32,000 nt of DNA, from positions 1-32,000 of the forward strand of contig JBHLMI010000004.1 in assembly GCA_048938295.1 (NCBI GenBank). The letters are read 5' to 3'. The notes below the pieces were generated by a model, which saw only the letters and a program-made list of their open reading frames with translations, had not been told where the DNA came from and searched no databases. The stretch is from Promethearchaeota archaeon. Lineage in GTDB: Archaea > Asgardarchaeota > Hermodarchaeia > Hermodarchaeales > Hermodarchaeaceae. Positions 25,395 through 32,000 of this stretch are shown piece by piece. Each line of letters begins with the position of its first letter. Positions within the stretch are counted from its first letter, which is position 1. A program made the translations under genes and the position numbers.

Positions 25395-25880
25395 ATGTCA
25401 AAACCAAAGGAAACGCCCTGTCTCTCCGATCTGGGAGGGCTAGTCCAGATTTTCGGTGGAGTGCTTGTAATAGGGGCACAGATAACCATCTACTTTGCCA
25501 TCCTCCCCTTTCTTGCAGAAATTCCATTATATCCCATAGAAATTCGAGCAATCTTGGAACTCGTGGCTCAAATGCTACTTATCATGATTGCTGTAATGAT
25601 TCTTTCTGGAAGTATCGTGATTGTCGCGGGTGTGATTTCCTTTTTCAAAAGTGGAACCATCGGTGGGTTCCTAGCCCTATTTTTTGGCATAGCTGTCGTC
25701 GTGGGTGGGGTTTGGATGATGTACGGGGCACTCTTTTATCCAGGGATTGCTCATTTCGCAGGAGCCATTCTCGCAATAATTGGAGGCGTGCTGAGCATCA
25801 TTCCTGCCATGAAAGGTCCCCCCAAACCGAGAACGCGCCGCGAAAAAGACATTGTTGAAAGGCAAAAGAGGAAGCGGTGA
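25395..25880 (+). CDS. Hypothetical 4-TM membrane protein
   Basis: Four hydrophobic Gly-rich helices and a basic C-terminal tail. Confidence 0.75.
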   Translation: MSKPKETPCLSDLGGLVQIFGGVLVIGAQITIYFAILPFLAEIPLYPIEIRAILELVAQMLLIMIAVMILSGSIVIVAGVISFFKSGTIGGFLALFFGIAVVVGGVWMMYGALFYPGIAHFAGAILAIIGGVLSIIPAMKGPPKPRTRREKDIVERQKRKR

Positions 25881-26279
25881 CGTAGAGTAACACATCAAAC
25901 GAAGTTGGAGGTGGAAGAATTCCAAGCATGACCCCATAAAATACTAAGGTGACACCAAATGAGAGAGGCGTGCTCAACACCGGCACTAGTCCCACCCACC
26001 CTACAACGGTTAATGCATTACACATGAATCTTCGTCGGTATAGTATCACAATCCAGACAATAGACTCAATGTAAGTACTTCATGTCCAACTTACATTAAG
26101 ACTTGTAAGAAGAACCAATACCCCCGGATAATTCCAAACCAAAACCCCATTCATCATCTCTAGCAGAGTCCCAACTCCCTGAGGGGTAAATACCTTACAG
26201 AGATGGAAGGTGTATTCTTAATTAACTACTTTACTATATAGGAATCGTAGAGAGGCAGAACTAGCTGGTGTTATCACAA

Positions 26280-26726
26280 ATGAGTTTGGAGGAATACAAG
26301 AAAAAACGCAACTTTACGAAAACCACTGAACCCAAACCCGAAGTGAAACCAGGTTTAAATCAAATCTATGTAATCCAACGCCATCAAGCCCGAAACCTGC
26401 ATTGGGATTTACGTTTGGAGCGAGATGGCGTACTCGTCAGCTGGGCAGTACCCAAGGAACCACCGAAAGAGAAAAGCGTTCGACGGTTAGCAATCCAAAC
26501 AGAAGATCATCCTATAGAGTACGGATCATTTGAAGGGAAGATACCCGAAGGTGAATATGGAGCGGGGACCGTTGAGTTGTGGGACACAGGGAAATATGAG
26601 ACGGAAAAATGGGAAAAGGACGAAATCATTGTTGAAATAGAAGGCAGGCGATTACAGGGCAGGTATTGCCTGATTCGGTTTAAAAGGGTTGAAAATGGTT
26701 GGCTTTTCTTCCGGTGTGGCGAGTGA
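26280..26726 (+). CDS. Stand-alone LigD 3'-phosphoesterase (PE) domain protein
   Basis: [12 protein letters not shown]...[15 protein letters not shown]...SWAVPK...EDHP...[12 protein letters not shown]. Confidence 0.92.
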   Translation: MSLEEYKKKRNFTKTTEPKPEVKPGLNQIYVIQRHQARNLHWDLRLERDGVLVSWAVPKEPPKEKSVRRLAIQTEDHPIEYGSFEGKIPEGEYGAGTVELWDTGKYETEKWEKDEIIVEIEGRRLQGRYCLIRFKRVENGWLFFRCGE

Positions 26727-26828
26727 TTTTGTCGGTAGATTGTCGTGGTAGGGGCAATTTTTTAGGGCTGAACTACTGATAATTGATGAGTAGTAGCAGG
26801 TAGTTCTTCATTGGAGAGAAGCTAACAG

Positions 26829-27692
26829 GTGAAGCTGGTCAGCTACGCAACGGATGCCGGACCGCGTGTGGGTGTTTTAGATAATGGAGAGGTGATACCG
26901 ACTCCAGGGATTCCATCCATGCTCGATTACTTGAGTGATCCCTCTCTCAAGTCCACCATCGAAGCCGCGTTGATTGGTCGTATCGAGGCGAAACCAATCG
27001 ATGAAGTGAATTTGCTCGCTCCACTTCCACGTCCAACAAAGATCATCGCAATTGGACTGAACTATAAGGACCACGTGAAAGAGACCGGAAGAGAGATGCC
27101 GAAGACTCCAGTGCTTTTTTCGAAACCACCCACGGCAACGATTGGACCTGAAGCCTTCATTGTTATCCCGAATGAAGCGTCCAAGATAGATTATGAGGTT
27201 GAATTAGGAGTCGTCATTGGGGCAGGTGGTCGTAATATTCCGAAGGAAACCGCTTTGGACCATGTGGGTGGGTATACAGTGTTCAATGACATTTCCGCCC
27301 GTGATTTCCAATACCGCGATGGTCAATGGTTCCGCGGAAAAAGTTTTGACACTTTTGCCCCAATGGGTCCAGTACTCACTTTAACCGATCAAATCCATGA
27401 TCCCCAAAACCTTCACTTGGAGTTACGCCTGAACGGGAAAAAGCGGCAGGATAGTTCCACAGCCAATATGGTGTTCTCGGTAGCTGAACTGATAGCCGAT
27501 ATTTCGAAGATATTAACCTTAGAGCCAGGAGATGTAATTGCAACCGGTACTCCAGCAGGTGTGGGCTTTGTTGCCAAACCGAAACCGATCTTCTTGCAGC
27601 CAGGTGATGTGGTCGAAGCAGAGATAGAAGGCATTGGGATTCTTCGCAATCCGGTTGCCAAAGATGGGAAAGCCGGACGGCTCAAGAAATAA
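26829..27692 (+). CDS. Fumarylacetoacetate hydrolase family protein
   Basis: KIIAIGLNY, DYEVEL, NDISARD, GKSFDTFAP, VIATGTPAGVG. Confidence 0.93.
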   Translation: MKLVSYATDAGPRVGVLDNGEVIPTPGIPSMLDYLSDPSLKSTIEAALIGRIEAKPIDEVNLLAPLPRPTKIIAIGLNYKDHVKETGREMPKTPVLFSKPPTATIGPEAFIVIPNEASKIDYEVELGVVIGAGGRNIPKETALDHVGGYTVFNDISARDFQYRDGQWFRGKSFDTFAPMGPVLTLTDQIHDPQNLHLELRLNGKKRQDSSTANMVFSVAELIADISKILTLEPGDVIATGTPAGVGFVAKPKPIFLQPGDVVEAEIEGIGILRNPVAKDGKAGRLKK

Positions 27693-27693
27693 A

Positions 27694-29649
27694 TTAGTCG
27701 TCTTCTTCTTCATCGTTTGTGAAGTCGACTAATCGTTTTTGATGTTCCGCCTGTCTTCGGGTTTTGAGTTCCGCAAATTCTTCACTGAATGGTTCACCGA
27801 CGTCATCGGAAAGATAAGCATCGAGATGATAGGATGTTTGACTCGGAAATTTAATATCAAGAGGGACTAGAACCTGTTCAAAAGCCATTGCAAGTTTTCT
27901 AACATAGTCATTGATGTCGATTTCTTCTTTTGTTGCCATCTGTGTAGGTTTCACGGTGAACATCCGGGGGCCATACCGAAAAGGATTCACTTTGACAAAT
28001 CCGATTTCAGCACGTTTTTTGACTTTAATCCCCTTGTCACTGAGTTGTTGAAGCGCCTGATAGGGTTGAGCTAACGCCGCGTTCTTACCTCGTTCTTTAT
28101 CAGCTTTCCAAACCTTGACCCGATATTCTAACTCTTCAACTTTGAAGCTGCGTCGCCTTAGCCGAGTTATTTCCCGCTGTAAAATCTCAATAATTTTCTG
28201 AGAGGCTTCTGTGAGTTTTTGGGGAGTGTCAATACCTGCAAGAGGTTTAACTGCTTCTAGAAAGATTTCTCGGAATCGCAGAGGGGTACTGGATTTGCCT
28301 AGCGTAATCCCTTTGATATCAGGGGTTCCGTCGGGGAGGATGCCGAAGTATGCTTTTTTGGCAGAGCTGAAAACACAGAGGGAATAGACTGCATCCACAG
28401 CGAGTTTCAGTTTCAATTCGTCTCGAACAATTTCAATTAGCCAGTTGATTTGTGGGGAGGTAGGCTTATCGAGGAAGATTGAATCGGTATCGCCATATAT
28501 TGGATGCATCCCATGTTCAATGGCTAGATCCCAAGTTGTCTGAAGTGCCCACCGACCATAGGCCATCATGGATTCCGCTAATGGGGGGCTTGCAAGCCCA
28601 TGTATCCGGATGGTCACGCCACCACTACTAACTAACAAGAATTTGAGAAGATCGGAAATGGTTTTAGCCTTAGCGCGTTGGTCTGAATCGAGGGTTTTGT
28701 GACGACTCTGTGGTTTGAACCAATGAATCCGTAGATCCTTTAGAGCTCCAATCAGGGCACTGAAAATCCCCCGTCGATGATTACATACGTAGTGGGGCTC
28801 GTTAGGGACCTTGAATGAGTAACAATCGCTATGATCACAGTCCATTGTTTCGTAGGAGAGGTTGTAAGTGTCAATGAGGCTGGGGTAAAGAGATTCGAAG
28901 TCCAACACAGTCATGTTGTAATAGACCCCAGGTGTAGGTGCAATGGTCAACGCTCCTTCAACGCGATGAGGAGTATGGCCCTTTGTTAATTCGTCAGGAT
29001 TGGGGATCAGAATACCTAATTTGCGGTATGTGGTGTTAAGCATGGAGCGAATCCAGTCGGAGACACTTCGGCTAGTAAGCGCCCGTTTGAAAGGGATGTT
29101 GGCAATCCGCGCAAGCATCCAGGCCCACAGCATTTTAGATTCATCATAGGTGGAATCCAAGTTCATGAGGTCTTGGGGAATGTCGGGAACAGGTTGAACC
29201 ATATACCGAAAATATTCCTTCAGGAATTCGTATTTTAGTGGGTCTTGATCGGCTGTCTCAACAAAAACCGATTCGAACTCCTTCAATTGTTTTTGGGGGA
29301 GTTGCAAATCGAGTTTATATCCTGTTTCAGACTTAACGTGGGGGCACCCAAACCGTTGATCTTGATCGTAGACACAACTGAGTCCGGGTTTGATATCTTT
29401 CTCCCATTCTCGATCTGCTTCAACGGTAGCCTCTAAGGGGATGCGCGCAACGTTGATGAACTCGTCTTTCATCAGATCTTTTCGTTGAACTGATACACCC
29501 AGACTTGCAGGCTGTACATAGTAATAGGGTTGGAAATCTTTTTTGACCGTTGTGAGGGTATTTGAGGGAGTTTGGAGGAAGGTGAGTAAGACCACTTGGT
29601 CGGCATCGGAAAAAACTGCATCTAATAACCAGTAACGATTCGCCGACAC
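27694..29649 (-). CDS. polB: Family B DNA polymerase (archaeal PolB1-like) lacking the 3'-5' exonuclease domain
   Basis: DFESLYPS (motif A) and YGDTDS (motif C) intact; motif B reads KFLLVSSGG; no Exo I-III motifs; 651 aa. Confidence 0.85.
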   Translation of the reverse strand: MSANRYWLLDAVFSDADQVVLLTFLQTPSNTLTTVKKDFQPYYYVQPASLGVSVQRKDLMKDEFINVARIPLEATVEADREWEKDIKPGLSCVYDQDQRFGCPHVKSETGYKLDLQLPQKQLKEFESVFVETADQDPLKYEFLKEYFRYMVQPVPDIPQDLMNLDSTYDESKMLWAWMLARIANIPFKRALTSRSVSDWIRSMLNTTYRKLGILIPNPDELTKGHTPHRVEGALTIAPTPGVYYNMTVLDFESLYPSLIDTYNLSYETMDCDHSDCYSFKVPNEPHYVCNHRRGIFSALIGALKDLRIHWFKPQSRHKTLDSDQRAKAKTISDLLKFLLVSSGGVTIRIHGLASPPLAESMMAYGRWALQTTWDLAIEHGMHPIYGDTDSIFLDKPTSPQINWLIEIVRDELKLKLAVDAVYSLCVFSSAKKAYFGILPDGTPDIKGITLGKSSTPLRFREIFLEAVKPLAGIDTPQKLTEASQKIIEILQREITRLRRRSFKVEELEYRVKVWKADKERGKNAALAQPYQALQQLSDKGIKVKKRAEIGFVKVNPFRYGPRMFTVKPTQMATKEEIDINDYVRKLAMAFEQVLVPLDIKFPSQTSYHLDAYLSDDVGEPFSEEFAELKTRRQAEHQKRLVDFTNDEEEDD

Positions 29650-29740
29650 GGTGCGTGCACCCAGTCTAATTTGTTAGGGGAACTTCTTCAGCTTTAACCT
29701 TGTGCTCATAGTCCAATAGTGCTCTTGTTTGTGAGTGGAT

Positions 29741-31519
29741 TTACATGATGGGAAGGATGGCAGCCATGAGCCATGCGAAAAGAAATGCGTTGAACAAAAC
29801 CGCAATATAGAAGCGATTGCTCAAACGGTAGGACCATGCGAGATAGGTTGTGGATACTGCGTACATGGGAATGAAGATCCACAGGAAGAGTAAATAGAAA
29901 CCAATGAATCCAGAGATGAAAGGACCACCGATAGTTAGACTAGCGATAATTTGGATGATAAGAATGATTGTCATCACAAGGATCTTAATGAGGATGGCTT
30001 TTATTGTCCATGAGGTCTGAGTCTTCCACCAATTCTCCATCGGCTTCGTCCGAAGGTACCCCATTATCCAGAGTCCATCAATTAGGGTGATGGGTAGGAA
30101 AAGAATGAAGTAGAGAGGGATAAAGAGGGCTCGCTGTGGGGAAAGGGCTTTCAGGAAGGGGAGGAAGACACGAAAGTCCAAGGCGAGAAGCAGATCTACT
30201 GGCAGGACCCAAAGGTAGAGCCAAGCGATCCCAATGATCCCGAGTAGGAATCCGAGGCCGATGGTCTGAGCGGTCTTGCTGTAGCTTTTCTGTTCGCCTC
30301 CGTTAAAACCTCCAAAATCGTTCCAGGTGGGAGTATCACTTTTTCGATTTAGGATGTATTTAATTCCGAAAAGCAGGAGCCCTGCAACTAGACTTCCGAT
30401 GAACAGTCCCAAGATTACAGGTAAACCTAAGCTCTGTGGATAAGCAATAGGGAGATCAGTAAGAAGCATAGCGAATAGAGCCCCAAGGCCAAGGAGACCA
30501 TAAAGGAGGCCCATACCTAGGTAGAGAGGTGTCCGAGCATGATATGCTGAATCAGGTTCTTGTTGGATTTTGCGAAAAACAGGGAACCCGATTATGATTG
30601 TGAACAGAGTAAAGACTGAAAGAATCGCTCCAAGACATGCTAAGAACCCACCAGCAACCCAAATGGGATAAAGAAGATTTTGGCTCGGAATCCAAAAGGC
30701 ATCCGGAGCTCCTTTGAGGCTTGCCATGAGCCACTCAATTGTCGAGCTAATACAGGCGGTATCAAGGGTTTCGAACAGATGATTGGTTGGAGGGAGAATA
30801 ATACCACGAGCGGTCCCTGTAACAAAATCACCATAGAGCTGTCCAGGAACCACAGGTCCTGTTGTGTTGAAGGGACCTGTCAGGGTGTTTAGAAGTTCTG
30901 GCACATCAAAAAGCTCATCATATAGACCTACCACAAAGAACAGATTGCGGGGATAGGTGGCGTTTGCCCACGTCGCCATGCTGCCACTGCTACCACCCAC
31001 AAGAACAAGGCTATCCACTTGAATGGAAGACTCGTTGATAGTTTGGATTGCTATTCCTGCACCCATGGAATGGCCTATCACCCCCAGAGTGCTCACATAG
31101 GAGAGGTCGTTCAAGTATTCCAGGGCAGTCAGACCTCCGCGATCAGCATTTGGGTCTGTACTAGACCCGGAATTACCATGTCCTACGGCATCGATAGTGA
31201 GGACCACGAATCCTCGCCGGGCTAGTTCGATGCCAAAGGCCATGACCCATTCTTTGGATTGAATGACTCCGTGAATAACGACAACACCGGGGAGGGGTGT
31301 GGCCCCAGTGGCGGCAAGGGGACGTTGAAGGATGCCAGAAATAGGGACCCCGTCCGAGGTGGCTAGCGTGATTTCAGTGGCTTGAACGGTTCCGAAGTTA
31401 TTTTGGGCAACCCAAGCCATGCTGATACCACTCACCATCATGATAATGCTGATAAGAAATACAAGGTAGCGAGGCCGTAAACGTCCCATCATACTCAACC
31501 CAAATTTAAGTGAAACCAT
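29741..31519 (-). CDS. Membrane-bound alpha/beta hydrolase with multi-TM C-terminal region
   Basis: VIHG oxyanion segment, GHSMG nucleophile elbow, Asp (YDELFD) and His (TNHL) candidates; 7-8 TM helices follow. Confidence 0.85.
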   Translation of the reverse strand: MVSLKFGLSMMGRLRPRYLVFLISIIMMVSGISMAWVAQNNFGTVQATEITLATSDGVPISGILQRPLAATGATPLPGVVVIHGVIQSKEWVMAFGIELARRGFVVLTIDAVGHGNSGSSTDPNADRGGLTALEYLNDLSYVSTLGVIGHSMGAGIAIQTINESSIQVDSLVLVGGSSGSMATWANATYPRNLFFVVGLYDELFDVPELLNTLTGPFNTTGPVVPGQLYGDFVTGTARGIILPPTNHLFETLDTACISSTIEWLMASLKGAPDAFWIPSQNLLYPIWVAGGFLACLGAILSVFTLFTIIIGFPVFRKIQQEPDSAYHARTPLYLGMGLLYGLLGLGALFAMLLTDLPIAYPQSLGLPVILGLFIGSLVAGLLLFGIKYILNRKSDTPTWNDFGGFNGGEQKSYSKTAQTIGLGFLLGIIGIAWLYLWVLPVDLLLALDFRVFLPFLKALSPQRALFIPLYFILFLPITLIDGLWIMGYLRTKPMENWWKTQTSWTIKAILIKILVMTIILIIQIIASLTIGGPFISGFIGFYLLFLWIFIPMYAVSTTYLAWSYRLSNRFYIAVLFNAFLFAWLMAAILPIM

Positions 31520-31625
31520 GTTTTGTTTAGATTCATCTCTTATTGTTTATGGAGAGGTAAAATCTGCCTCAGAAATGCTACTGACTTAAATAGTGAAACG
31601 GAATCGCCTCATGAGCTGATAACTC

Positions 31626-32000
31626 ATGAAATATGTGCTATTTGTTTGTATACAAAATGCGGGACGCAGCCAGATGGGCGATGCATTTGCGAAAAAACAC
31701 GGTGAAGGGAAAATCACTTCGGCCTCAGGTGGAACACACCCAGCAGATCATGTGCATCCTGGGGTTGTCAAGGTAATGGAGGAAAAGGGCATCGACATCT
31801 CTGAAAACGTCCCCCGGCGAATAACCGTCGCTGAGCTGCACGAAGCCGACACCGTCGTTGTCATGGGTTGTGGTGCAGAAAGTTTCTGTCCAGCCCCCCT
31901 GTTAGACCGAGTCATCGATTGGGAATTAGACGACCCCGCAGACCAACCTATCGAAAAGGTGCGAGAGATTCGTGATGAGATTGAACGCCGTGTCCTTGAA
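31626..32000 (+). CDS. arsC: Thioredoxin-type arsenate reductase / LMW-PTP family (truncated by window end)
   Basis: Manual translation MKYVLFVCIQNAGRSQM...MGCGAESFCP...DWELDDP; CX5R loop plus two resolving Cys. Confidence 0.9.
   Translation, partial: MKYVLFVCIQNAGRSQMGDAFAKKHGEGKITSASGGTHPADHVHPGVVKVMEEKGIDISENVPRRITVAELHEADTVVVMGCGAESFCPAPLLDRVIDWELDDPADQPIEKVREIRDEIERRVLE

Overview
Archaeal DNA, most likely from an Asgard archaeon (inference from a Rab-like GTPase, a presenilin-type protease, a PolB1-like polymerase, RadA, a tandem-HTH Lrp regulator, orphan membrane-anchored surface proteins, and archaeal TATA/SD signals). Positions 130-8531 hold an apparently complete ~8.4 kb integrated element between two divergent host genes. 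It is bounded by a 9-bp direct repeat (AAAGCCTAC) from which palindromic tyrosine-recombinase attB/attP sites can be reconstructed. It encodes an AbrB-like protein, an RHH-like protein, a wHTH protein containing palindromic repeats, an HTH plus PD-(D/E)xK protein, two duplicated micro-ORFs, membrane cargo, a secreted caspase-fold protease fused to a glycine-zipper region next to a polytopic membrane gene (candidate toxin/immunity pair), a small Zn-finger gene with an in-frame UGA at a Cys position, and an atypical integrase. The rest is host DNA: NfeD, Rab, presenilin, peptide-binding protein, AOR, two methyltransferases, RadA, Hjc-like nuclease, DUF438/hemerythrin/PAS, two beta-lactamase-fold hydrolases, Lrp, LigD phosphoesterase, FAH, an exonuclease-less PolB, an alpha/beta hydrolase and ArsC. 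Non-coding oddities in that part include an orphan IS200/IS605 omegaRNA-like remnant, a ~150-nt highly structured ncRNA candidate, and a sharply bounded patch in radA where nearly every codon ends in C or A. All family assignments come from motif recognition by eye; no searches were run.
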